Numbered from the stretch's first letter, positions 27,652-37,420 are shown. The stretch is DNA of 64,000 nucleotides from an uncultured Gemmatimonadales bacterium (GCA_963779755.1 CAVZZO010000001.1:448001-512000), one strand, 5' to 3'. Notes: a model not told the origin generated them from the letters alone. Numbers and translations: made by a program.

Positions 27652-29898
27652 TCAGCGCACGCCGATCTTTTTCACCATCCGGGCGAAGCGTGGGTCCGAC
27701 CGCAGGGGCTGGTAGGCGGGATCGAGATGGAGATAGATCAGGCCGGCTGAGCGGGCATCGAGCGCGCGCTGGAGAAAGGTGAACGCCTTGTCGAAGTCGC
27801 CCAGCGCGGCGTAGCCCATCGCCAGCACCTCGCCCCGGAGGTATTCCGTTCGGGCCTGGGTTTCCAGCCGTTCCATGATGGCGCGGGCTTCCTCCTGCTC
27901 TCCCAGCGCGACCAGCGGGCGGACGATCATCGCATCGTAGGAACGGACCGCGGTGCTCAACGACTGCCCCTGGCGGAACGCCTTGAGCGATTCCTCGATG
28001 TGTCCCAGCGCCAGCTGCGCCGCCCCGATGTCGAGATGGGCCTGGAAGTAACTGGGCTCGATCTCGAGCGTCTTGCGCCCCTGCTCGATGGTGGCGTCGT
28101 ACCGCTCAGCATAGAGCAGGAAGCGGCCGAGCCAGCGGCTGAAATGGGCGGAGAGCGGGTCCAGCACCAACGCCTTTCGAAGCTCCTCGACTGCCTCCGG
28201 CAGGCGACCGACCGCGGGCAGGGTGCTGCCGTAGACGAAGTGGGCTTCGGCGTAATTGGGGTTGAACTCCACGGCCCGGGCCAGCGCCTGGCTGGCGCCG
28301 TCGAAGTCCCACTCGTACCAGCAGAGGACCTTGCCGATCGAGGTATGGGCCTCGCCCAGGGTGGGCTCCAGCTGGATGGCGCGCGCGGCCGCCGACTTGG
28401 CCCGGGGGTAGGCTTCGTCGGGCGGCACCCAGTCGTCCGCCAGATTGCTCCAGCAGTCCGCAATGCCCGAGTAGGCCCGGGCGTATCCCGGGTCCGCATC
28501 GAGCGCCTGTTCGAAAAGCGCCAGCGCCTTGCGAAGGTCGTGCTCCGCCAGCCGATTGACGAAGAAACGCCCTTTCAGGTAGATGGTGTACGCCTCGAGG
28601 TTCTCGGTGGTGGGTTTGACCAGCGGCTGCTCCGCCGCGCCCATCAAGCGGACCTTGAGGGCGTCCACGATGGCCCGGGAGATCTCGTCCTGAATGGCGA
28701 AGACGTCCTCCAGCTGGCGGTCGTAGGTTTCGGACCAGAGCTGGTAGCCGCTGGTGACGTTCACCAGCTGAGCGGTGATCCGGATCCGGTTGCCGATCTT
28801 CCGGACGCTCCCTTCCAGCAGGGACGACACGCCGAGGGTGTCGCCGATCTGCCGGATATCGACGGTCTTGTTCTTGAACGCGAACGACGAAGTGCGTGAC
28901 GCTACCAGAAGGTCGGGGATCTTGGCCAGGGCGTTGATGATCTCTTCAGTCATACCGTCGCTGAAGTATTCGTTCTCCGGGTCGGCGCTCATGTTGGCCA
29001 GCGGAAGCACGACGATCGATTTCTCCGGCGCGGCGGCGCGCGGCACACCGGGCGGGGTCTGTCCGGCGCGCTCCACCTGCAGCAGCGCGTCGGCGAACTC
29101 GGCGGCGGATGCGTAGCGGTCAACCGGTGTGCGGGCCAGTGAACGGGTCACGATCTGATCCAGCTGTTCCGGGACATCGCGCATCGCCCGGACGTGCGGG
29201 ACGGGCGAGATGAACCGCTTGGTGATGATCGCCTGGGCGGTGGGGCCGGTGAATGGCTGTTCGCCGGCCAGCATTTCGTAGAGCACGCAGCCCAGGCTGT
29301 ACAGGTCGGAGCGGCCGTCGACGCCGGCATCGGCCGACGCCTGCTCCGGGCTCATGTAGGCCGGCGTGCCGACCGCCAGACCGGTGTGCGTGATGGATCC
29401 GCCCTTGGAGGACATCGCCTTGCCGATGCCGAAGTCGGCGACGAGGGCCGCGTCCTCGTGCATCAGGATATTTTCGGGCTTGATGTCGCGGTGGACGATC
29501 CCCTGCCGGTGGGCGTAGTCGAGGGCGGACGCGACTTCCCGGACGATCCGCAGCGCGTCGGTAAGGGGGAGCATCCCCTGCCTGTCCATCCGTTCGCGGA
29601 GCGACTTGCCCGCCATGTTCGGCATGACGTAGAACAGGAGACCGTCCGATTCACCGGAGTCGAAGACGGGCAGGATATGCGGATGGGTGAGCCGCGCCGC
29701 CATCCGGATTTCGCGGTGGAAGCGTTCGGCGCCGAGCTCGGCGGATATTTCGGGGCGCAGCACCTTGAGCGCCACCATGCGGTCGTGGCGCAGATCGCGG
29801 GCGAGAAACACCACCGCCATCCCGCCTTCGCCCAGCGGGCTCTCGATGGTGTAGCGTCCCGCGAGGCCGCGCTCGAGGCGTTGCTGCAGGTTTTCCAT
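27652..29898 (-). CDS. Soluble Ser/Thr kinase + TolB-N-like + TPR (no TM)
   Basis: Kinase motifs; SIVVLPLANMSADPENEYFSDGMTEEI; TPRs; no hydrophobic span in the linker. Confidence 0.9.
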   Translation of the reverse strand: MENLQQRLERGLAGRYTIESPLGEGGMAVVFLARDLRHDRMVALKVLRPEISAELGAERFHREIRMAARLTHPHILPVFDSGESDGLLFYVMPNMAGKSLRERMDRQGMLPLTDALRIVREVASALDYAHRQGIVHRDIKPENILMHEDAALVADFGIGKAMSSKGGSITHTGLAVGTPAYMSPEQASADAGVDGRSDLYSLGCVLYEMLAGEQPFTGPTAQAIITKRFISPVPHVRAMRDVPEQLDQIVTRSLARTPVDRYASAAEFADALLQVERAGQTPPGVPRAAAPEKSIVVLPLANMSADPENEYFSDGMTEEIINALAKIPDLLVASRTSSFAFKNKTVDIRQIGDTLGVSSLLEGSVRKIGNRIRITAQLVNVTSGYQLWSETYDRQLEDVFAIQDEISRAIVDALKVRLMGAAEQPLVKPTTENLEAYTIYLKGRFFVNRLAEHDLRKALALFEQALDADPGYARAYSGIADCWSNLADDWVPPDEAYPRAKSAAARAIQLEPTLGEAHTSIGKVLCWYEWDFDGASQALARAVEFNPNYAEAHFVYGSTLPAVGRLPEAVEELRKALVLDPLSAHFSRWLGRFLLYAERYDATIEQGRKTLEIEPSYFQAHLDIGAAQLALGHIEESLKAFRQGQSLSTAVRSYDAMIVRPLVALGEQEEARAIMERLETQARTEYLRGEVLAMGYAALGDFDKAFTFLQRALDARSAGLIYLHLDPAYQPLRSDPRFARMVKKIGVR

Positions 29899-30097
29899 GA
29901 TGAGGCAAAGATGCCACCGGACTCAGGCGAGTGCCAGTGGGTCCGCAGATGCCGCAGATGACACAGGTCATTCCTGGAGCGAGAGAAGCAGCCGCCGCGG
30001 GACCCGGACTTTGCTGGAAAGGGGCCAGTGCCCCATCTTTGGAAATCCACAGACTATACAGGCTGCGGCGGCTGGCGCCGGCTTGCAAGGACAGCAC

Positions 30098-30153
30098 CTT
30101 GCCGTCTTGCCGTCTTGCCGTCTTGCCGTCTTGCCGTCTTGCCGTCTTGCCGT
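30098..30153. repeat. (CTTGCCGT)x7 upstream of kinase 30186
   Basis: Counted directly. Confidence 0.95.
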
Positions 30154-30185
30154 CGTCCGACTGTCCGATCCCTGAGGTGTCGCCC

Positions 30186-32885
30186 ATGTCCGCTGTCCCG
30201 ACCAGTCTCCAGTCCGCCCTGGCCGACCGCTATCGCATCGAGCGGGAGCTGGGCGAAGGCGGCATGGCCACGGTCTACCTGGCCGAGGACCTGAAGCATG
30301 GCCGCAACGTGGCCATCAAGGTCCTGCGGCCGGAACTGTCGGCCATCATCGGGGCCGAGCGGTTCATCCGGGAGATCAAGACCATCGCGGCGCTCCAGCA
30401 TCCGCACATCCTGGGACTGATTGACTCGGGGGAGGTGCAGGGCACGGCGTACTACGTCATGCCCTTTGTGGAGGGCGAATCGCTGCGCGACCGGCTGATG
30501 CGGGAGAAGCAGCTGCCGGTGGCCGATGCGGTGCGGATCGCGACGGAAGTGGCAGGGGCGCTGGACTACGCCCACCGGCATGGGGTGATCCACCGCGACA
30601 TCAAGCCCGAGAACGTGATGCTGCACGATGGCTCGGCGCTGGTGGCGGATTTCGGGATCGCGCTGGCGGTGAGCAGCGCCGGCGGCACCCGGATGACGGA
30701 GACGGGGATGAGCCTGGGGACGCCGCATTACATGAGCCCCGAGCAGGCGATGGGGGAGCGGGAGATCACGGCCCGGAGCGACGTCTACGCGCTGGGGGCG
30801 ATGACCTACGAGATGCTGGTGGGGGACCCGCCGTTCACCGGAAGCACGGCGCAGGCGATCGTGGCCAAGGTGGTGACGGAGACGCCGCGGCCCATGCTGC
30901 CGCAGCGGCATACGATTCCGCCGCACGTGGAGGCGGCGGTGCTGACGGCGCTGGAGAAGCTGCCGGCCGACCGCTTCGCCAGCGCGGCGGAATTCAGCGA
31001 TGCGCTGAACCGGCCGGAGCGGGCACCTGCCACGACTAGAGCAATTCCGGCCGGCAGCCTTGCAGCTCCCACCGGGCGCTCGCGCCTGCGGGACCCGCTG
31101 TTCATCGGGGTGGCGGCGATCGCGGTGCTGGCGCTCGGTGGTGTGGCGATGCTGCTGCGGCCCCGGCCGGCCCCCCTGGTGGTCCCACCCATCAAGTACG
31201 TGCTCACTACCACCGACAGCACCAGGCCGGTTCGCAGCTACCCATGGCCCGCCGCCACCTCGCCCGACGGCGGCACCGTGGTCTACAGCGTCTCTCCCGT
31301 CAACTCCGGCGGCGCCTCCCTTACGACCCGGCTGTACTTCATGCGCACCAACCAGCTGGAGGCGCGTGAGATTCCCGGGACCATCGGGGCGGCCCAGCCG
31401 TACTTCTCGCCCGACGGGCAGTGGGTGGGGTTCGAAGTGCAGGGCAAGGAGCGCAAGGTCAGGCTCGACGGCAGCGCCCCGGTGACGATCGCGGATGCCG
31501 GCGCCTACAACGGTGCCGACTGGACCGTCAACAACGAGATTCTGCTGGGAACATGGGGGCCATATGCCGGGCTATCCCGGGTGAGTGCTGCCGGCGGAAC
31601 GCCGGCCGCCCTGACGCAGGTGGACACCACCAAGGGAGAGCGGAATCATCTCTGGCCGCTCAGTACCCCGGACGGCAGCTACGCGGTCTTTACCGTCTGG
31701 TTCGGTGGCCTCGCCTCGGCCCAGCTGGCGGTCGCCTCCCTCAAGGACGGAGCGGTCACCCGGCTTGGCATCAAGGCAATCCGGCCCCTGGCAATCCTCG
31801 ACGGGTGGCTGGTGTACCTCAAGGCCGACGGCGCCGTCATGTCGGTCCGGCTGGACGCCGGAGCCGGAACGGTGGTCGGATCCCCGATTCCGGTGCACGA
31901 CCCCGTTCCGGTTGTGCCCGGTCTGAACGGGAATTCCGAGATCTACATTTCCCGCGGTGGCGCGCTGATAACCTCGATCGGGAGCGCCACCGGCAGGATC
32001 TCGTGGGTGGCCCCGGGCGTTCCGCCCCGTGCCGTGGGGCCGTCGGCCGGCGAGTACCAGGCCCTGCGGCTTTCCCCCGATGAACGCCGCATCGCCGTGG
32101 TGACTGGCGACCATGGTCAGAGCGATATCTGGATCGAAGACCTGTCGCTGGGCACCTTTTCCAGGCTGACGACGGTCAATACCGTCACCTCCGTTTCGTG
32201 GACTCCGGACGGATCCGACGTTCTCTATTTCTCGACCGGCGAAACCGGGAACACGCTGTGGCGGCAGCGGGCATCCGGCGGGGTTGCGCCGGAGAAGCTC
32301 GTCGACCTGCCCTTCGCTGCCGGGGGGGCAGTCATGTCGCCGGACGGCCGCTCGGTGCTGCTCTCGGTGATTCCCGGAGACGTATGGAGCCTGCAGCGCC
32401 TGGTACTGGACTCGACCCCGGCGGTGCACGATTACCTTGTGTCCCACGCCAGCTTCCACGCGCCGGAGTTCTCTCCCGACGGAAAATGGGTCGCCCTGGT
32501 GGATGACGAGTCGGGGCAGGACGAGGTCTATCTCCGGTCCTATCCCGATCCTTCCACCAAGCTCCAGGTTTCCGTCGGCGGCGGCGTGGCCCCGATGTGG
32601 TCGGCCGATGGCACCCGGCTCTACTATCTGAGCGGTTCGGCGCTCGTCGAGGCGCGCCTGGCGACCCGGCCCGTCATCACATTGCTCGGCCGCGACACGC
32701 TCATGGCCTCCTTTCCCAGCACCGGGCTCGATGCACAGTTCTTTTCGGCCCTCTATCAGCCGACCCGCGATGGCCGGCGTTTCCTGACGGCGATTCCCGA
32801 GCAGAACGACTACCAGCTGGTAGTTTCGCCCAACTGGCTTACGGAGTTCCGGCGCCGGGTGGCCGAAAGCGGCGGAGCCAGATGA
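30186..32885 (+). CDS. Ser/Thr kinase + TM + beta-propeller (start revised to 30186)
   Basis: MSAVPTSLQSALADRY preceded by GAGG; kinase motifs; TM; SPDG repeats. The upstream ORF extension only translates the repeat. Confidence 0.92.
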   Translation: MSAVPTSLQSALADRYRIERELGEGGMATVYLAEDLKHGRNVAIKVLRPELSAIIGAERFIREIKTIAALQHPHILGLIDSGEVQGTAYYVMPFVEGESLRDRLMREKQLPVADAVRIATEVAGALDYAHRHGVIHRDIKPENVMLHDGSALVADFGIALAVSSAGGTRMTETGMSLGTPHYMSPEQAMGEREITARSDVYALGAMTYEMLVGDPPFTGSTAQAIVAKVVTETPRPMLPQRHTIPPHVEAAVLTALEKLPADRFASAAEFSDALNRPERAPATTRAIPAGSLAAPTGRSRLRDPLFIGVAAIAVLALGGVAMLLRPRPAPLVVPPIKYVLTTTDSTRPVRSYPWPAATSPDGGTVVYSVSPVNSGGASLTTRLYFMRTNQLEAREIPGTIGAAQPYFSPDGQWVGFEVQGKERKVRLDGSAPVTIADAGAYNGADWTVNNEILLGTWGPYAGLSRVSAAGGTPAALTQVDTTKGERNHLWPLSTPDGSYAVFTVWFGGLASAQLAVASLKDGAVTRLGIKAIRPLAILDGWLVYLKADGAVMSVRLDAGAGTVVGSPIPVHDPVPVVPGLNGNSEIYISRGGALITSIGSATGRISWVAPGVPPRAVGPSAGEYQALRLSPDERRIAVVTGDHGQSDIWIEDLSLGTFSRLTTVNTVTSVSWTPDGSDVLYFSTGETGNTLWRQRASGGVAPEKLVDLPFAAGGAVMSPDGRSVLLSVIPGDVWSLQRLVLDSTPAVHDYLVSHASFHAPEFSPDGKWVALVDDESGQDEVYLRSYPDPSTKLQVSVGGGVAPMWSADGTRLYYLSGSALVEARLATRPVITLLGRDTLMASFPSTGLDAQFFSALYQPTRDGRRFLTAIPEQNDYQLVVSPNWLTEFRRRVAESGGAR

Positions 32886-32941
32886 TGCTCGACCGTCTTG
32901 CGGCCGCCCCTGCGGCACACGCGTCTCGGAGATTGACCTGA
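32882..32941 (+). pseudogene. 19-codon mini-ORF, probable deletion scar of a kinase gene
   Basis: MMLDRLAAAPAAHASRRLT*; the start resembles MSLDRLAAAL; overlaps the upstream stop (ATGA) and the downstream start (TGATG). Confidence 0.6.
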
Positions 32942-35574
32942 TGACCCTTGACCGCCTCAGGGCAAGCCTGGCCGAGCGCTACCGCCTGGAGCGCGAGCTG
33001 GGCCAGGGCGGCATGGCCACCGTCTATCTGGCGGAGGACCTGAAGCACGGCCGCAAGGTGGCCATCAAGGTGCTGCGTCCGGAGCTGGCGTCGGTTATTG
33101 GCCCCGCCCGGTTCCTGGCCGAGATCAGGACCACGGCCAGCCTGCAGCACCCGCACATCCTCCCGCTGCATGATTCGGGTGAAGTGAACGGCACCGTGTT
33201 CTACGTGATGCCCTTTGTGGAAGGCGAATCGCTGCGGGACCGGCTGGAGCGGGAGAAACAGCTTCCGGTCCCGGATGCAATCCGGGTCGCCGCCGAAGTG
33301 GCGAGCGCGCTGGACTACGCCCACCGGCATGGGGTGGTGCATCGCGACATCAAGCCGGAGAACATCCTGCTGCATGACGGGCAGGCGCTGGTGGCGGATT
33401 TCGGCATCGCGCTCGCCGCCAGCAACGCGGGCGGCACCCGGATGACCAAAACGGGCATGACCCTGGGGACGCCGCAATACATGAGCCCGGAGCAGGCGAT
33501 GGGCGAGCGGGAGATCACGGCCCGCTCCGACGTCTATGCTCTGGGGGCTCTGACCTACGAGATGCTGGTGGGCGAGCCGCCGTTCACCGCGCCGACGGCC
33601 CAAGCCCTGGTGGCCCGGGTGGTGACCGAGACGCCCGTCTCTCCCCGGGCGCAGCGGCCGACCATCCCCCTGCCGGTCGATGCGGCGGTGCTGACCGCGC
33701 TGGAGAAGCTGCCGGCCGACCGGTTTCAGTCCGCCGCCGCCTTTGCGGCCGCCCTGCAATCTCCCGCGGTTCCGTCCGCCCAGCGCCGTTTCTTCCGACG
33801 GCGACCGGCCGGGATCGCGGTGGCCGTTCTCCTCCTGGTCGGTATCGCCGGTTTCATCCTGGGGCTCGCAGGGGGGAGCCGCGGGAAGACGCCGTCGTTC
33901 TTCGTCGGCCCCATGACCAAGGTGACCTGGGATGACGGCCTGGAAGTCTTTCCGGCCCTTGCTCCCGACGGGCGCAGCGTGGCTTTCGCCTCGGGCACCA
34001 GTATCCGGATGCGCGTCTACGTCCGCCAGGTGAGCGGGGGGCGCGAGATCCGGATCACCGACGACAGCACCACGGTGGAGTGGGATCCGCAATGGTCGCC
34101 CGACGGCAGCCGGGTGCTCTTCGTCACGACCGCCGGCGTCTTCAGCGCGCCCGCGGGCGGCGGGGCTGCCCGACAGGAGGTCGCGGGCGATCGGGGCCTG
34201 ATCACCAGCGCCACCTGGTCGCCGGACGGCAGGCGCATCGCCTTCTCGGCCGGCGACTCCGTGTTCGTGCGCGAGGCCGATGGCACCGTCCACCAACTGG
34301 CCTGGATGGACCAGCCCGCCATGTGCCGATGGGGCGGGAAGGATCTCCTGGCCTGCGCCGCCGGCAACCCGAACTACACCATGCCGGGTACCGTTTTCGG
34401 CAATCTGGGCCCCAGCCGTATTGTCGTCGTGCGCGCCTCGGACGGCGCGGTGCATACGGTGACCGACACCAGCGCGATGAACCAGTCGCCTGCCTGGCTG
34501 GCGGGAGGATGGCTGCTCTACCTCTCCAACCGCGACGGGCCCGCCGATATCTATGCCCTCCGGGTCACCGGGGATGGCGCGGTCGGCACTGGCCCGATCC
34601 GCCTGACCGCGGGCCTCGGCGTGTCGGCCTTCTCCACGTCCGCCGACGGGACGCGGCTGGCCTACGCCTCCGGCACCACGACGGCCAATGTCTGGTCGCT
34701 GCCGATCCCGGCACACCCTCCGGCCTCGGCGCGAGAGGCGACGCAGGTGACGCGCGGCCGGCAACTGGTGGAGAGTATTTCGATTTCCCGGGACGGGCGC
34801 TGGCTGCTCTACGATTCCGATGTCGCGGGCGACGTCAACATCTACCGGATGAGGTTACCCGACGGCGTGCCGGAGCAACTCACCTTCTCCGCGGGAGACG
34901 AATTCGCGCCCGACCTTTCCCCCGACAACCGCGTGCTGGCCTATCATGCCTGGGAAGGGACGTCCCGGGAGGTTTCCTTGCGACCGCTCGATGGCAGCGC
35001 AACGACCCGGCTGACCTCCACGGTCCAGCAAGAGGCGCGGCCCCGCTGGTCTCCCGACGGCCGGGCGCTGGCCTGGTATGATATGTCGCTGACCGGCGGC
35101 CTGTGGGTAAGCCGGCGGGATGACGTTGGGCACTGGACCGCCCGGCGACGGCTCAACCGCGGCTACTGGGCCGCATGGTCGCCGGACGGCGCCTTGCTCT
35201 CCTTCTCGACCGTGGTCGCCGGCGGGCGGCCCATGGTGATCCCGGTGGACTCGGGAGCCCCGCGGGACCTCATGCCGGGATCGGACTGGCCCCAGGTCAC
35301 CACGTCGGGCTGGAGTCCCGACGGACGCACGGTGTACTTCAAGGGCGTCGACTCGACCGGAGCGGCCGGGATCTGGGCCTTGCCGCGCGGCGGTGGAGTC
35401 CCGGTCCTGATGGCCAGGCTGGATGACCCCGCGCTGGTGGCCGAGCGCCACACCTTCGCGGTCGGCGCGGGCCGTTTCTTCTTCAGTCTCTACGACCGGC
35501 AGAGTGATATCTGGCTGATGGAACTGCAGCGGCCGGGTGGCGTTATCCCGAAGTCGCGACAAGGAGCCCAATGA
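32941..35574 (+). CDS. Ser/Thr kinase + TM + PD40/TolB-like propeller
   Basis: Kinase motifs; TM GIAVAVLLLVGIAGFILGLA; many PxWSPDG repeats. Confidence 0.92.
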   Translation: MTLDRLRASLAERYRLERELGQGGMATVYLAEDLKHGRKVAIKVLRPELASVIGPARFLAEIRTTASLQHPHILPLHDSGEVNGTVFYVMPFVEGESLRDRLEREKQLPVPDAIRVAAEVASALDYAHRHGVVHRDIKPENILLHDGQALVADFGIALAASNAGGTRMTKTGMTLGTPQYMSPEQAMGEREITARSDVYALGALTYEMLVGEPPFTAPTAQALVARVVTETPVSPRAQRPTIPLPVDAAVLTALEKLPADRFQSAAAFAAALQSPAVPSAQRRFFRRRPAGIAVAVLLLVGIAGFILGLAGGSRGKTPSFFVGPMTKVTWDDGLEVFPALAPDGRSVAFASGTSIRMRVYVRQVSGGREIRITDDSTTVEWDPQWSPDGSRVLFVTTAGVFSAPAGGGAARQEVAGDRGLITSATWSPDGRRIAFSAGDSVFVREADGTVHQLAWMDQPAMCRWGGKDLLACAAGNPNYTMPGTVFGNLGPSRIVVVRASDGAVHTVTDTSAMNQSPAWLAGGWLLYLSNRDGPADIYALRVTGDGAVGTGPIRLTAGLGVSAFSTSADGTRLAYASGTTTANVWSLPIPAHPPASAREATQVTRGRQLVESISISRDGRWLLYDSDVAGDVNIYRMRLPDGVPEQLTFSAGDEFAPDLSPDNRVLAYHAWEGTSREVSLRPLDGSATTRLTSTVQQEARPRWSPDGRALAWYDMSLTGGLWVSRRDDVGHWTARRRLNRGYWAAWSPDGALLSFSTVVAGGRPMVIPVDSGAPRDLMPGSDWPQVTTSGWSPDGRTVYFKGVDSTGAAGIWALPRGGGVPVLMARLDDPALVAERHTFAVGAGRFFFSLYDRQSDIWLMELQRPGGVIPKSRQGAQ

Positions 35575-35700
35575 CGCCAGTCCTGCAAGTCTTGGAGGTC
35601 GGCCGCAGATCGGGGGAGACCCGCCAGGCAAGAGTGGAAAGGACCGAGAACGGGCGCGAGATCAAGGGTATCGACTGAGGATTGAGGATTGGGGAGCGAG

Positions 35701-35781
35701 GAGACCAAGGCGGCCACTGAAGGGCATCTGATCGTGGTGGAAAATTTCTTCGAGGTGCTGCGGGAGTGGCTTCACCTGTAG
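35701..35781 (+). pseudogene. Orphan 3' end of a kinase-propeller gene
   Basis: ETKAATEGHLIVVENFFEVLREWLHL*; compare LIVVENWLTELRQRL in 38670. Confidence 0.7.
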
Positions 35782-35795
35782 AGGCGGAAGGACGG

Positions 35796-36855
35796 ATGAC
35801 CGGGCGGATCTGGCGACGGGTCGCGAGGCTCCGGCGCGCCAGCGTTCCGGCTCTGTGTCTGGTGCCGGCCTGCCTTTTGGCGCAGGCTCAGCCCCCCGGC
35901 CGGCCCCCGCCCGGCCCGATTACCCGGAATGCCTGGGAGCGGATCCGGTTCCGGCACCTCACCATCGCCGACGGCCTGTCGCAGAACGCGGTCCAGGCGA
36001 TCGCGCAGGACCGGCGCGGGTTTCTCTGGTTCGGCACCAAGGACGGGCTGGACCGCTACGACGGGTATGAGTTTCTCATCTTCCGGCACGATGCCGGCGA
36101 CTCCTTATCGCTTTCCAACAGTTCGGTCCGATCCCTGCTGGCGGACAGCCTGGGACAGCTCTGGATCGGTACCGAAGGCGGCCTCAGCCGGTACGACCCT
36201 GTTCGTCAGACCTTTCGTCGGTATCCCGGTGGGCCCACGCGGCCTATCATCAGCCTGGCGGAGGGAGCCGGTGGAGACCTCTGGATTGGTACCGAAGGCG
36301 GAGGGCTCTACCAGCTCCCCGCAGGGAAACGGGGGGAACGAGCAGCCGCGCTTCAGGCATTACACCTACCGTGCGGGCGACCCGGGGAGCCTGAGCGGCG
36401 ACACGGTGCACGTCATTCTCGTGGACCGCCGGGGGACGCTCTGGGTGGGCACGAACTCGGCGCTCGACCACCTGGAACCCTCCACTTCCGACTCCGCGGT
36501 CCTCCGCCATAAGCGGGACCTCCCCGGCGCAGGCGTGTACGCGCTGCACCAGGATTCGTTGGGCCGCCTCTGGGTCGGTCTGCGAGACGGCTTCTGTGTC
36601 CTGGACAGCAACGGGCGGCGGATGGTCCAGCGGTTCTCGCCGGCACAGACTGCCGATTGGGGCGTCGTGCGGGGCTTCGCCGAGGATGCTGACGGCCGGA
36701 TCTGGTCGGCCGGCGCCGGCCCGGTCGGCACCATCGCCTATTCCGTAGGGTTCAAGAGCGTGTCCCACTTCTCCAACCGATTCCAGGATCGCTTCGGCGT
36801 CCGCCCTTCGGTCTACCGGGCGGAGTACGCGGGGGGAGGGACCCGCCGCCCCTGA
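35796..36855 (+). pseudogene. Eroded hybrid two-component sensor/AraC regulator
   Basis: Reg_prop-type repeats (DGLSQNAVQAIAQDRRGFLWFGT); +1 frameshift near the G6 run at 36331-36336; then fused directly to an AraC HTH tail (IAYSVGFKSVSHFSNRFQDRFGVRPS). Kinase and receiver domains are absent. Confidence 0.8.
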
Positions 36856-37041
36856 AGACCGGCCCACCTCCCCGCCGTCTCTTCCCGTTGTCTCCAGGTC
36901 ACAGGTGACCTCCACGCTACGACCCATGACCCCGGCGTTACCACCCGGGGACGCCCTTCTCCCACCGTCCTCCTGACCGGTACCCGGACCTCCCGGGAAC
37001 CCCCGCCTAACCGTTGGAGGACTCACCATGAGCACCAGCGT

Positions 37042-37419
37042 GTGCCCCCACTGACCGTGTTGGTGGCGGACGATGATGCCGACATGCGGCGGTATCTGCG
37101 CGGTTGCCTGCTCGGGCTGGCAACGGGAGTAGATCGCGTGCTGGAGGCAAGCGACGGTCTGGAAGCCCTGACCCTGGTGCGATCGGGTCTGGTTCAGCTG
37201 CTCCTCACCGACATCGCCATGCCGGGGATGGACGGCTGGGAGCTGTGCCGCCTCGTCAAAGCGGATGCCGGGCTCCGGCACGTGAGCGTCCTGCTGATGA
37301 GCGGCGCCGAGTATCAGCTGTCAGGGAGAGCCGGGGAGGATGGTGTTCTGGTCAAGCCGTTTAACGCGCAGCAACTCACCCAGGTGGTACAGCAGCTTCT
37401 GAACAGCCGGGAGGCCTGA
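37042..37419 (+). CDS. Single-domain response regulator (CheY-like), possibly frameshifted at the 5' end
   Basis: VLVADDD, LTDIAMPGMDG and KPF motifs; the GGAGG-preceded ATG at 37028 is out of frame. Confidence 0.75.
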   Translation: MPPLTVLVADDDADMRRYLRGCLLGLATGVDRVLEASDGLEALTLVRSGLVQLLLTDIAMPGMDGWELCRLVKADAGLRHVSVLLMSGAEYQLSGRAGEDGVLVKPFNAQQLTQVVQQLLNSREA

Positions 37420-37420
37420 A

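Noticed and set aside
30072..30087. Sigma-54 promoter (TGGCGC...TTGCA)
   Set aside because: GG-to-GC spacing is 9 nt rather than the required 10.
35571..35678. 35-aa ORF coupled by ATGA to kinase 32941
   Set aside because: No recognisable similarity; insufficient support to call it as a gene.
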